The position numbers and the translations under genes are program-made. Positions 18,768 through 27,935 of a stretch of DNA of 64,000 nucleotides are shown here, in pieces; position 1 is the stretch's first letter; each line of letters opens with the position of its first letter. The stretch is from an uncultured Gammaproteobacteria bacterium (GTDB lineage Bacteria; Patescibacteriota; Patescibacteriia; Magasanikbacterales; UBA922). The DNA lies in assembly GCA_964522435.1 (NCBI GenBank), contig CAZFUL010000004.1, positions 54,360 to 118,359 on the forward strand. Direction: 5' to 3'. The notes below the pieces were generated by a model. It was not told where the DNA came from. It saw nothing but the letters and a program-made list of their open reading frames with translations, and did no database searches.

Positions 18768-20333
18768 ATGGCAAGTATTGCTTCAAAAAAAACAAAAAGT
18801 GTATTTGCTGGTATTCGAGACAGTTTTGGTGGGAAGAAAAAAAATTTACAACAAGTAAATGAAAAATTATACGAACAAAATTTGGATTTAGCGATTCGTA
18901 ATAAAACACTTTCGTTACTGTATCGTTTATACGAAATCGCGACTGACTCTTTGGAAATAAATATTCTTTCTTCTCGTTTAGTAGATAATACCGCGGACGC
19001 CCTTAGCTTACCTTTTGTAAGTATTTTATTGGTGGACAAAAAAGAAAATTGTTTATCCATTGCAGCTTCAGCAAGCAATAGTGTTCCTAAAACAAATACC
19101 GTGCTTCAGGAGAAAAGAACGAGCTTGTTGCTTTCTACCGTAAAACATAAAAATAATTTATGTTTGCAAGCCTTGTTAAACGGAGAAAAAAAACAAACCC
19201 CGCATTTTTTTCATACCATGCAGCCTTTTTTTAGTACCAAAGCGTTCTCTGCCTTAAAACAACAAATGCATATTGAAACCGCACTTATTTATCCCTTACA
19301 AACAGCAAGAAAAAATATTGGGGTATTAGTTATTGGCTTAGATAAAGCCTATGATGATTTGACCATTTTTGACAAAGATTCTATTACCAACTTGGTGAAT
19401 GTATTTACGGTTGCGCTTGATAAATCTATTGTGTATGAAGATTTAAAACGAGCAAATAGTCGCTTGCAAATTTTGGATAGACAAAAAACAGAATTTCTTT
19501 CTATTGCATCACATCAATTGCGAACGCCTCTTTCTATTATTAAAGGATATATTGAACTTATTTCTGATGGTGCCTATGGACATGTATCTAAAAAATTAGA
19601 CGCGGTCTTAAAAGACATGGCAGATAGCAATGAACGCTTAGTAAAACTTGTCGATGACTTTTTAAATATTAGTCGTATTGAGCAAGGGCGGACAAAATAC
19701 TCGTTTAAAGAGCAGTCGATTGCGCCAATTATTCAAAGTGTAGTAGATGAATTATTACAGCGAGCTGAACAGGCCAATATAAAAATTTCTTGGAAAGGCA
19801 CAAAAAAAGGGAAAAAAGTATATATTGATGATGATAAAATTCGTCATATTATATTTAATTACGTCGATAATGCAATTAAGTATAGTGAAAAAGGGACTAT
19901 TAAAATTTTGGTAGATGAAGAAAATGATGGGATAAATGTTCGTGTGGTAGATGAAGGGTTTGGATTTGGCCCAGAAGATGAAGCAGCCTTTTTTCAAAAA
20001 TTTTATCGAGGAAAAAATGTCGAGGGGACAAACGTGAATGGAACAGGGTTAGGTATTTATGTGTGTCGTCAGTTTGTGGAAGCCCATGGCGGACATGTGT
20101 GGGCGCATAGTCCAGGACTAGGCAAAGGCAGTGAATTTGGCTTTTGGATTCCCATGCAAAAAACAAAAACTCATCAAATGATAGAAAAAATGTCTTCTAC
20201 GGAAAAACAACAAATTGTGAACCAATATGCACCACACGAAGACCTTCCTGTTGTTGCGCAAGGTCTTCTACCGACAGAAAATCCTCTTGTTCAAATAGAT
20301 CCTGCTGTTTCTCCATCTGCCTCTAGTGCCTAG
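18768..20333 (+). CDS. Cytoplasmic sensor histidine kinase (GAF-like N-terminus)
   Basis: H-box FLSIASHQLRTPLSIIKGYIEL. N-box VDNAIKYSEKG. G-boxes VVDEGFGFG and GTGLGIYVCRQFVEAHGG. No TM segment. No response regulator in the window. Confidence 0.85.
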   Translation: MASIASKKTKSVFAGIRDSFGGKKKNLQQVNEKLYEQNLDLAIRNKTLSLLYRLYEIATDSLEINILSSRLVDNTADALSLPFVSILLVDKKENCLSIAASASNSVPKTNTVLQEKRTSLLLSTVKHKNNLCLQALLNGEKKQTPHFFHTMQPFFSTKAFSALKQQMHIETALIYPLQTARKNIGVLVIGLDKAYDDLTIFDKDSITNLVNVFTVALDKSIVYEDLKRANSRLQILDRQKTEFLSIASHQLRTPLSIIKGYIELISDGAYGHVSKKLDAVLKDMADSNERLVKLVDDFLNISRIEQGRTKYSFKEQSIAPIIQSVVDELLQRAEQANIKISWKGTKKGKKVYIDDDKIRHIIFNYVDNAIKYSEKGTIKILVDEENDGINVRVVDEGFGFGPEDEAAFFQKFYRGKNVEGTNVNGTGLGIYVCRQFVEAHGGHVWAHSPGLGKGSEFGFWIPMQKTKTHQMIEKMSSTEKQQIVNQYAPHEDLPVVAQGLLPTENPLVQIDPAVSPSASSA

Positions 20334-20408
20334 GTTTGTTGTGTTTTATTTGATAATTTCGTATACTACCACTATTCTTATTTTTTATTTACTTTTGCCT
20401 ACTTTTGT

Positions 20409-20888
20409 ATGTTTCAAAAAAATTCTGATGAACAATATGTTGCTCCTCAATACGATATGCATGCTGCCGATGAAGTAGAAACCGTTGTTGGGCCTTCTGT
20501 TCAAGTGGAAGGTGATTTTGTTTCAGAAGGGAACATTGTTGTAAAAGGAATTGTTTCTGGAAGCGTAAAAACATCTCGACTCTTGCGTGTTGAAGAAGGT
20601 GCAAAAATTTTAGCACATGTTCGTGCAGGAAATGCGGTGGTCTCTGGGCATATTAAAGGCAATATGCGGGTAGAAGATACCTTAGAACTTACTGCAAGTG
20701 CACAAATTCTTGGAGATATTATTTGTCGAACCTTAGCCGTTGCCCCAGGCGCGTTGATTCACGGAAAAGTGAGTATGAATGGGGTAGAAGATATAGAAGA
20801 AGACAAACAAAAACGATCTCCACGCAAGAAACGATCAGCAGGAGATGATGATATGAAAGAGGGGGACGATGATGACATGGTCATGTAA
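20409..20888 (+). CDS. Bactofilin (polymer-forming cytoskeletal protein)
   Basis: A beta-helical repeat run (VVGPSVQVEGDFVSEGNIVVKGIVSGSVKT...LRVEEGAKILAHVRAGNAVVSGHIKGNMRVEDTLELTASAQILGDIICRTLAVAPGALIHGKVSM) typical of the bactofilin/DUF583 core. Acidic disordered tail. Confidence 0.8.
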   Translation: MFQKNSDEQYVAPQYDMHAADEVETVVGPSVQVEGDFVSEGNIVVKGIVSGSVKTSRLLRVEEGAKILAHVRAGNAVVSGHIKGNMRVEDTLELTASAQILGDIICRTLAVAPGALIHGKVSMNGVEDIEEDKQKRSPRKKRSAGDDDMKEGDDDDMVM

Positions 20889-20921
20889 GGTATTGCGCTT
20901 AGGAAGGCGGGTTCTCATTTT

Positions 20922-21698
20922 TTGTTGATACTTCTTATGTATGTATACTTATACGATACATTTTTGACGCATAAAGCATACGATGAAACGCTTAAAGAAG
21001 TGGAAACACGCCTTACGGATTTTGGTATTGCAGGAAAAATTATTCGTTTACAAAAATTTACCAATTGTGAGTTGGTGATTGAAGAAGAAATTCGTCGTGG
21101 GGCTACCACTATTATTATTGTTGGTGATGATCATACCTTTGGGCGTGTGTTATCACGGGCAGCGACCTGTGATATTTTATTTGGATTTTTACCCATGGGA
21201 AAAGAGAATAGTATTGCCCATGTATTAGGGATTCCTATTGGTGTTGATGCTTGTGATGTATTGGCACGGCGGAGAAAAATTCATTTGGATGTGGGCTGGG
21301 TAAATAATCGGTATTTTATTTCACAGCTACATATTCTTGCCCATGATATTCGCGTTACCTATGATGAACAGTTTTCTGTGTCATCATTAAATAAAAAAAT
21401 GGAATTAGTGGTGTGTAATTTACAACCTTTTGTTTGGAAAGGACGGGGAAAAGAATCATATGTGGTTCATCCACAAGATGGAAAGTTGGAAGCGTTTTTA
21501 CGGCCAGTAGCGAAAAAACGTCTTTTTTCTGATATTTATGAAGAGCCAAGTATTTTTCCCTTTGAAGAAATGGAAGTGGTGAGTGATACTCCCTTTGAAG
21601 TGATTAGTGATGGCTATTCGAGTAAAGAAAAAAAGATTGCTATTCGCTTGGCAAAGAATAAAATCAGTATGGTGGTGGGGAAGGAACGATCGTTTTAA
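20922..21698 (+). CDS. DAGK-catalytic-domain-like lipid kinase (YegS/DgkB-like)
   Basis: TTIIIVGDDHTFGRVL resembles the GGDGT nucleotide-binding motif of the diacylglycerol-kinase catalytic family. Homology is weak. Confidence 0.4.
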   Translation: MLILLMYVYLYDTFLTHKAYDETLKEVETRLTDFGIAGKIIRLQKFTNCELVIEEEIRRGATTIIIVGDDHTFGRVLSRAATCDILFGFLPMGKENSIAHVLGIPIGVDACDVLARRRKIHLDVGWVNNRYFISQLHILAHDIRVTYDEQFSVSSLNKKMELVVCNLQPFVWKGRGKESYVVHPQDGKLEAFLRPVAKKRLFSDIYEEPSIFPFEEMEVVSDTPFEVISDGYSSKEKKIAIRLAKNKISMVVGKERSF

Positions 21699-21758
21699 CC
21701 GTGTAACTCATTCCCTATTTACTTTTTTTTTAAAGTAGGATATCCTTTTTTCTATTAC

Positions 21759-21841
21759 GCTCAGGTGGCGGAATGGTATACGCGCATGCTTGAGGTGCAT
21801 GTGGGAGTAATCCCGTGGAGGTTCAAGTCCTCTCCTGAGCA
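21759..21841 (+). tRNA. tRNA-Leu (anticodon GAG), type II with a long variable arm; no encoded CCA
   Basis: Acceptor GCTCAGG/CCTGAGC. Anticodon stem CATGC/GCATG with loop TTGAGGT (U33, GAG, G37). 15-nt variable arm TGGGAGTAATCCCGT. T-arm GGAGG-TTCAAGT-CCTCT. Discriminator A. Confidence 0.85.
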
Positions 21842-21850
21842 CAACGAAAA

Positions 21851-21880
21851 ACAACCCAATTACTGTAGGGTTGTTTTTGT
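21851..21880 (+). terminator. Intrinsic terminator after tRNA-Leu
   Basis: ACAACCCaattactgtaGGGTTGTttttt. Confidence 0.7.
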
Positions 21881-22015
21881 ATCCCCTTGTATATTGACAG
21901 AAAAGGGGATATATGCTAGGTTTGTTCACCTTTTGCGCCAGGACATATTGCGCAAGGGTGTTCCCACAACTAGGGATAGGCATTGCCATCCCACACTCAA
22001 AGAAGGAGAACGTCG

Positions 22016-22459
22016 ATGAATCGACTGTTCGTTCTCGGAATGGTTCTCTGTCTCGCCGTCGTCGGCTGCTGTGGCAGCCAGCTTCATCCGGCCGAGAAGG
22101 AGAAGTCGGCGGCCACGCTCAAGGCCGAAGCGGCCACCCGCGAGCGTTACGCCAAGGCCCAGGCCGACCGCAAGGCCCAGGCCGAAGCCAACCAGGCAAA
22201 GCAGCAGCGCAAGCAGGAGGAGCAGCTCGCTGCTGCCCGTGCGGCTGAGGACCAGCTCAAGGCCGAGCGCTTGGCCAAGGAGGAGCTGCGTCAGAACCAG
22301 CAGAGCCTCTCTGTCGAGTATATCAAGCGCCACGCGCGGGAACAGAAGGTCTGGGACTGCCAGGCCAAGGCCCGCGAGAAGGGGCAAGACCCCATCAAGA
22401 CCTGCGGCCCGCTCTACCTGCCGAAGAAAAAGAAAGGACGCCTCGCGTCCAGCAACTAG
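22016..22459 (+). CDS. Coiled-coil lipoprotein (Ala/Gln/Lys-rich) encoded in a GC-rich island
   Basis: gaaggag, 7 nt, then ATG. MNRLFVLGMVLCLAVVGCCGS is a lipobox-type signal. The mature part is an AEAATRERYAKAQADRKAQAEANQAKQQRKQEEQLAAARAAEDQLKAERLAKEELRQ coiled coil. Strong GC3 bias, unlike neighbouring genes. Confidence 0.6.
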   Translation: MNRLFVLGMVLCLAVVGCCGSQLHPAEKEKSAATLKAEAATRERYAKAQADRKAQAEANQAKQQRKQEEQLAAARAAEDQLKAERLAKEELRQNQQSLSVEYIKRHAREQKVWDCQAKAREKGQDPIKTCGPLYLPKKKKGRLASSN

Positions 22460-22535
22460 GCTTCTTCGGCGCCATTGTCTCCACCTCGACGTATCGTCGG
22501 GGTGGGGGCATTCAAAAAAATATATGTTATCTGAT

Positions 22536-22558
22536 ACAGCCACGGGCTGTTTTTTTTA
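22536..22558 (+). terminator. Intrinsic terminator after the GC-island lipoprotein gene
   Basis: ACAGCCacgGGCTGTtttttttt. Confidence 0.7.
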
Positions 22559-22587
22559 TAACAAAAAACCCCGATGTCATCGAGGTA

Positions 22588-22994
22588 CTTTGTTGTTCAT
22601 CAGGCGTAAGCCGAATTTTGTCTCCCAATGAAATCATTGGGTGATGATCATTTCTCTTGTTCCACTATTGCTAGGGGAATCTAACGAGCGAACTTTTCCA
22701 ATGCCGATAAATCGGCAAGGGCTGCTCTTTCTCTCCATAGGGTTTACCACCCCCGTTCCTCGCGGATGGGGGAGTATATTTGCTTTTGTCTATAGGGCAA
22801 AAACATATATACACTTTTCACCTTTCTCCCGATGTAATCGAGATAGTATTGTCTCTGTGGCACTGTCCCGAACGTAGCGTTACCGATACGTTGGTGGGTG
22901 TTACCCACTATGTGATTATCTCCCAGAGGGAGATGAGAGTTCGGACTTTCCTCCCCGACCTAAGGGTAGGGGCGATCATCTGCTTGATGAACTG
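22588..22994 (-). ncRNA. rnpB: RNase P RNA (bacterial type, about 405 nt)
   Basis: The reverse complement reads GUUCAUCAAGC...GGGGAGGAAAGUCCGAACUC...GGGUAACACCCACC...CAGUGCCACAGAGACAA...GGUAAACCC...GACAAAAUUCGGCUUACGCCUGAUGAAC. P4 forms as AAG-U(bulge)-CCGAA with UUCGGCUU. A GG/CC to AA/UU compensatory change relative to E. coli supports the pairing. P1 is GUUCAUCA/UGAUGAAC. A terminator hairpin and U-run follow on the minus strand at 22562-22590. A TATAGT -10 and a TTGACC -35 lie upstream at 22999-23027. Confidence 0.88.
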
Positions 22995-22998
22995 GCAT

Positions 22999-23057
22999 AC
23001 TATAGCAAAAAAATGCGTGTTGGTCAAGTTGACCGTTTGCCTGTTTTTTCGTATGAT
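22999..23057. promoter_or_regulatory. Back-to-back divergent promoters for rnpB (-) and wbaP (+) sharing the palindrome GGTCAAGTTGACC
   Basis: Minus strand: TTGACC (+22022-23027 rc), a 17-nt spacer, then TATAGT (+22999-23004 rc). Plus strand: TTGACC (23029-23034), a 17-nt spacer, then TATGAT (23052-23057). Confidence 0.5.
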
Positions 23058-23086
23058 ACGCATAACGCTATTCCTTTTTTCTTGTT

Positions 23087-24505
23087 ATGAAACGATTTGA
23101 ACTCTTGTTTTTGTTTATTCAAATTCCTATTGATTTACTCATGTTATTGTGTGCCGCACTTACTGCGTATGCGCTTCGTTTTTCAGATTGGGCGGTAGGA
23201 TTGCGTCCGGTAATGTTTGATCTCACTATTGCCGAGTATCTGTCACTGCTTGCTATTGTTATTCCGTTGTGGTTGATATTATTTGCGATTGTTGGTTTAT
23301 ACAGCCCAAGCCCGTCCCGTCGTTTTGCAACAGATTTATTGCGCATATTTTTTGCAACCGCTGCGGTGCTTGCAGGGATTGCGTTATATGTGTTGTTTTC
23401 TCAACAATTATTTGATTCTCGCTTTCTTATTGCGGCTGGCTGGATATTGGCATTACTCTATGTAATGATAGGACGCTTTTTGGTTCGAGGGGTAAAAGGG
23501 ATTTGTTACCGAAGAGGAAAAGGATTACGACGTATTGTTATTATTGGACAAGATGCAATTGCCGATGAATTAGCCGAGACCCTCATGAAAAGAAAAGAAC
23601 TTGGCTATACTGTGGTGGCAGTGTTTGCTCATTTTACGGCGCATACCAAAAAAGAGGTAGACCAGCTGTCTCTTGATGAGGTGATTATGACAAATCCTCG
23701 CGCCAATGAAGAAGAAACCCTTTCGTTATTAGATTATCTGCAAGAACGGCATATTGCCTTTAAATATTCTGCAGATTTGTTTGCCACTATTGCAGCCAAT
23801 ACAACGATTCATCCCTTAGCAGGTATTCCTATTGTAGAAATAAAACCGACGAGATTAGAAGGGTGGGGAAGAATTGTAAAACGTATTGCCGACATTGTCA
23901 TTTCTTTACTGATATTGATTATCACGAGTCCGCTATTTCTTATTACGGGGATTATTATTTTGTGTGAAACCGGTCGTCCTATTATTTATAAAAATGAACG
24001 AGTGGGCGTCCGAAAAAAACATTTTTTTGTGTATAAATTTCGTTCGATGTATCAAAAAGATTCAACGGGTGCACAGTTTGGAGCGGATGGACAAAAGGCA
24101 TTGAAACGAGAACAAGAGTTGATTAAAGAAAAAAATAGTCGTTCTGGCCCTATTTATAAAGTACAAAATGATCCTCGGGTCACGCCCTTTGGCCGCTTTA
24201 TTCGTCGCTTTAGTATTGATGAATTTCCTCAATTTTTTAACGTTTTAAAAGGGAACATGAGTATTGTTGGTCCTCGCCCACATCAACCACGAGAAGTATC
24301 TGGATATGAAAAACGACATCGCTTGGCCTTTCATGTAAAGCCAGGGATTACTGGACTCGCACAAATTTCTGGGCGCAGTGATTTAAGCTATGAAGAAGAA
24401 ATGCGACTAGATATTCTGTATATTGAACGGTGGAGTATCTTGCTTGATATCATTATTTTTATTAAAACACCGTTTGTGTTGTTTAAGAGGAGAAAAGTGG
24501 AGTAA
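23087..24505 (+). CDS. Undecaprenyl-phosphate sugar phosphotransferase (WbaP/EpsL-type priming glycosyltransferase)
   Basis: N-terminal TM bundle, a central NAD-binding-like linker, and the C-terminal bacterial sugar-transferase motif DEFPQFFNVLKGNMSIVGPRP. Confidence 0.85.
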   Translation: MKRFELLFLFIQIPIDLLMLLCAALTAYALRFSDWAVGLRPVMFDLTIAEYLSLLAIVIPLWLILFAIVGLYSPSPSRRFATDLLRIFFATAAVLAGIALYVLFSQQLFDSRFLIAAGWILALLYVMIGRFLVRGVKGICYRRGKGLRRIVIIGQDAIADELAETLMKRKELGYTVVAVFAHFTAHTKKEVDQLSLDEVIMTNPRANEEETLSLLDYLQERHIAFKYSADLFATIAANTTIHPLAGIPIVEIKPTRLEGWGRIVKRIADIVISLLILIITSPLFLITGIIILCETGRPIIYKNERVGVRKKHFFVYKFRSMYQKDSTGAQFGADGQKALKREQELIKEKNSRSGPIYKVQNDPRVTPFGRFIRRFSIDEFPQFFNVLKGNMSIVGPRPHQPREVSGYEKRHRLAFHVKPGITGLAQISGRSDLSYEEEMRLDILYIERWSILLDIIIFIKTPFVLFKRRKVE

Positions 24506-24509
24506 GCCT

Positions 24510-25640
24510 ATGAAAGTAGCCCTAGTACATGATTATCTTTCTCAAGACGGTGGTGCCGAGCAAGTATTGCGCGCGTTTCACGAACTATGGCCAGAGGCGC
24601 CTATTTTTGTCTTGTTTCATGATAAAAAAAGTGTGCAAGGGTTTGAACACGCACATATTATTGAATCCTTTATTGCAAAGGTGCCTTTTGCAAAAAAGAA
24701 GTATCGCTGGTTATTACCCTGGATGCCGCTTGCAACAGAACATCATAATCTGCATGAGTTTGATGTGGTTATTTCTTCAACCAGTGCATTTGCAAAAGGC
24801 GTACTTACCAGACCTGAGACACTGCATATTTCGTATTGTCATACCCCAACACGCTATCTTTGGACAGACACACACGAATATTTGAGTGACTTAAAACTCA
24901 ATATTGGCTTAAAAACACTATTGCCTCGTTTAATGCACCGACTGCGGGTATGGGATAAAATGAGCGTTGATCGTGTTGATTATTTTATTGCAAATTCAAA
25001 TACCGTACGGCAACGAATTGCGAAATATTATCGTCGTGAAAGTGATATTATTTATCCACCCGTTGATACGGCGCTATTTTCTATTAGTAAAGAAAAAGAA
25101 CCATATTTTGTTGCTGGGGGTCGTTTAGTTCCCTATAAACGATTTGATCTTATTGTAGAAACGTTTAACCGCTTAGGATTGCCAATAAAAATTTTTGGCG
25201 TCGGACCAGAACTTGCCGCTCTCAAAAAAATGGCAAAACCACATATTGAATTTGTTGGGCGAGTATCCGACACACAAAAAGCGGCATTAATTGCACAGGC
25301 CCAAGCATTTATTCATCCACAGATAGAAGATCTAGGCATCACTCCTATAGAAGCAATGGCAAGTGGGGTTCCGGTAATTGCGTATGGGGTTGGTGGAGTA
25401 ACAGAAACTGTTATTCCCCAAAAAACAGGTATCTTTTTTTATGAACAACAGTGGGAATCGCTCTTTAACGCGGTGCAAGAGTTTCGTAGGTATAGCTGGG
25501 ATGCGCAAGCCATTTATGATCACGCGCAAAAATACAATAAAGAAACGTTTAAAAAAACCGTTAAAACGTATGTGGAAGGACGCTATGCTGCGTTTCAACA
25601 AGGGAGTGCCCGTTGTCAAATTGACATTCGTAGCTCATAG
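24510..25640 (+). CDS. Glycosyltransferase family 4
   Basis: MKVALVHDYLSQDGGAEQV N-terminus and a C-terminal GT-B EX7E-type region (GITPIEAMASGVPVIA). The start is set at the internal Met just after the wbaP stop. Confidence 0.8.
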   Translation: MKVALVHDYLSQDGGAEQVLRAFHELWPEAPIFVLFHDKKSVQGFEHAHIIESFIAKVPFAKKKYRWLLPWMPLATEHHNLHEFDVVISSTSAFAKGVLTRPETLHISYCHTPTRYLWTDTHEYLSDLKLNIGLKTLLPRLMHRLRVWDKMSVDRVDYFIANSNTVRQRIAKYYRRESDIIYPPVDTALFSISKEKEPYFVAGGRLVPYKRFDLIVETFNRLGLPIKIFGVGPELAALKKMAKPHIEFVGRVSDTQKAALIAQAQAFIHPQIEDLGITPIEAMASGVPVIAYGVGGVTETVIPQKTGIFFYEQQWESLFNAVQEFRRYSWDAQAIYDHAQKYNKETFKKTVKTYVEGRYAAFQQGSARCQIDIRSS

Positions 25641-25643
25641 CAT

Positions 25644-26780
25644 ATGAACATTGCTATTGATGGTCGCAGTCTCATGAGCTATCCTCGAACAGGCGTTGGG
25701 ACCTACACCTATGAGTTACTGCGTGCGCTGTTAGAACAACCAGATAGTACGCATACCTATTATATATTTTTTAATGCGTTCAAACCGCTCTCTGATCAGA
25801 TACCGTTGTTTGTAGGAGATCGTGTTCATATCGTGTACACTCGCTGGCCAAACAAATTGTTTCATCTGTTGGTATGGCTACGCATTATTGCCATTGATCG
25901 TCTTATTGAAAAAAAAATGAAGGTTCGGCTTGATTATTTTTTTTGTCCCAACATTCATATTACCCATATTGCGAAAACACCTGTCTTACTCACGATTCAT
26001 GATATATCGTTTGATATCTATAAAGAGTGCTACTCTTGGGGAAGACGAATTTGGCATGCGTTGGTACAGCCACGCGCGCAGGCAACGCGGGCGCATATGG
26101 TTATTACGCCATCCGAACATTCTCGACAGGATATTCTATTTCGTTACCAGCTTGATCCTAAAAACGTACAGGTTATTGTGCCAGGCCTTGCTATTACTGC
26201 TGCCATAAAAACAGAGCAACAACGAACAGCGGTTCTTGATCGTTTGTCTATACACCAACCCTATTTCTTTTTTTTGGGAACAATTGAACCAAGAAAAAAT
26301 ATTGAAATCCTGGTGCGGTCATTTATTAAAACAAATTTAGTGAGTAAGGGGTACCGTCTTGTGCTTGCTGGCTCTCTTGGCTGGAAAGAAAAAAATATAC
26401 TTCATCTTATCCGTACCACTCCTGGGGTTACCTGGATTGGCTATGTTTCTGAAGAAGAAAAAAATGTATTATTACAGCAGGCATCCGTGTTTGTGTATCC
26501 CTCTCTATACGAGGGATTTGGCTTTCCTGTGCTTGAAGCGCGTGCAGCCGGAATCCCTGTGATTACGAGCAATCGTTCATCTCTTCCTGATGTTGCCGGG
26601 GAGCATGCCTTATTGATCCATCCGGATAGTAGTGATGATCTTGCTTGTGCTATGATAGACGCCTGTAGCAGAACCGTTCCTCTGACGGATAGGGAAGTGG
26701 TACAAAAACAGTATTCATGGACAACCGCAGCGACACAACTGTCTTCTTTTTTTAACAGTACCTATGCGAATTGGCATTGA
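25644..26780 (+). CDS. Glycosyltransferase family 4
   Basis: EGFGFPVLEARAAGIPVITS GT4 signature. Confidence 0.8.
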   Translation: MNIAIDGRSLMSYPRTGVGTYTYELLRALLEQPDSTHTYYIFFNAFKPLSDQIPLFVGDRVHIVYTRWPNKLFHLLVWLRIIAIDRLIEKKMKVRLDYFFCPNIHITHIAKTPVLLTIHDISFDIYKECYSWGRRIWHALVQPRAQATRAHMVITPSEHSRQDILFRYQLDPKNVQVIVPGLAITAAIKTEQQRTAVLDRLSIHQPYFFFLGTIEPRKNIEILVRSFIKTNLVSKGYRLVLAGSLGWKEKNILHLIRTTPGVTWIGYVSEEEKNVLLQQASVFVYPSLYEGFGFPVLEARAAGIPVITSNRSSLPDVAGEHALLIHPDSSDDLACAMIDACSRTVPLTDREVVQKQYSWTTAATQLSSFFNSTYANWH

Positions 26781-27891
26781 CGCACGCATGCTTGGCCCTG
26801 GGTTTGGCCTTGCTCGCTATGTGCAACAATTAGTGATTCATTTAGAACAACAGGCAACAACGCATGAGTATGTGTTATTTATGCGCCAAGATAATTGGGA
26901 TGAGTTCATCCCAACCTCTTCTCAATATACAAAAGTGCTTGCAGACATCCCGTGGTATTCGCTGGAAGAACAAGTCGCTTTTAGTTCTATCATAAAACAA
27001 CACCACCTTGATCTCATGCATTTTCCCCATTGGAATGTTCCGTATATGTATACAGATCCGTATATTGTGACCATTCATGATCTGACCATGTTTCACTTTC
27101 CAAGACCTGAGGCTACGACCAAAGGAAAAGTAGAATTTTTTTTAAAAGATCAGGCACATCGAGCGCTGTTAAAAAGAATTGTGAAAAAAGCGCAACATAT
27201 TATTACCGCGAGTGAGTGGACAAAACAGGATATGCATAGGGCTCTTGCTGCCCCGCTTGAGCGTATGACTACCATATATCAAGCGCCGTTTACTGTTTCT
27301 GATCCCCAGATATTTTCTCCGAGGACACATCAGATTACTCAGCCCTATGTGTTATATGTGGGTGCGGCGTACCCGCATAAAAATTTGGATTGTCTTGTTG
27401 CCGCCTGGGCACAGTATGTTGAAAAACATGGGCAAACGCATCAACTCGTATTGGCGGGAAAAAGAAATTATTTTTATGATCGATTACTGGCGCTCTGTGA
27501 GGAGCGCTATGGGGATATTGGGATACGCGCTATTGGTTTTGTTCCCGATAATCAATTAGCGAGTTTGTATAAACAAGCTGCGCTGTTTGTGTATCCATCG
27601 TTATATGAAGGATTTGGTTTACCCCCGCTTGAAGCCATGCAACAAGGAACGCCGGTGATTGCTGCGCAATCCAGCTGCTTACCAGAGGTATTAGGAGAAG
27701 GCGTGTATTATGTCGATCCCTCTTCTTCGACACATATGGCGGATGCAATCAGTCGTGTGTTACAGGATGAAGAATTGCAGTTTCAGCTCAAGCAGCAGGG
27801 GAGAGCAGAAGTAACAAAATATAGCTGGGAGAGCTTGGCTCGGCAAACAGTACAGCTCTATACACGCTATAGCGCTCCCTTGAAAAAATAA
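26764..27891 (+). CDS. Glycosyltransferase family 4
   Basis: EGFGLPPLEAMQQGTPVIAA GT4 signature. Overlaps the previous gene by 17 nt (translational coupling). Confidence 0.8.
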   Translation: MRIGIDARMLGPGFGLARYVQQLVIHLEQQATTHEYVLFMRQDNWDEFIPTSSQYTKVLADIPWYSLEEQVAFSSIIKQHHLDLMHFPHWNVPYMYTDPYIVTIHDLTMFHFPRPEATTKGKVEFFLKDQAHRALLKRIVKKAQHIITASEWTKQDMHRALAAPLERMTTIYQAPFTVSDPQIFSPRTHQITQPYVLYVGAAYPHKNLDCLVAAWAQYVEKHGQTHQLVLAGKRNYFYDRLLALCEERYGDIGIRAIGFVPDNQLASLYKQAALFVYPSLYEGFGLPPLEAMQQGTPVIAAQSSCLPEVLGEGVYYVDPSSSTHMADAISRVLQDEELQFQLKQQGRAEVTKYSWESLARQTVQLYTRYSAPLKK

Positions 27892-27935
27892 GGGATTGTT
27901 GCTATACTATGCGAACTATTCATTGATTTTTTATT

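Noticed and set aside
21741-21752. AGGATATCCT palindrome upstream of tRNA-Leu, as a possible terminator or operator
   Set aside because: The stem is too short and the loop is essentially absent. This is probably chance in AT-rich spacer DNA.
21708-22019. ORFs of 93 aa (-) and 84 aa (+) covering the tRNA-Leu gene
   Set aside because: They overlap a well-folded tRNA and its terminator and have no coding features.
21926-22631. Long ORFs on both strands (205 aa minus, 186 aa Arg-rich plus, 111 aa plus) overlapping the GC-island lipoprotein gene
   Set aside because: These are stop-codon-poor artefacts of the high GC content. The translations are Arg/Pro/Ser-rich junk without signal sequences. 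Only the 22016-22459 frame has an SD, a lipobox and a coherent coiled coil.
22641-23100. ORFs of 78 and 106 aa on the plus strand within 22.6-23.1 kb
   Set aside because: The region is the antisense of the RNase P RNA gene and its promoter. The conserved RNA motifs explain the sequence.
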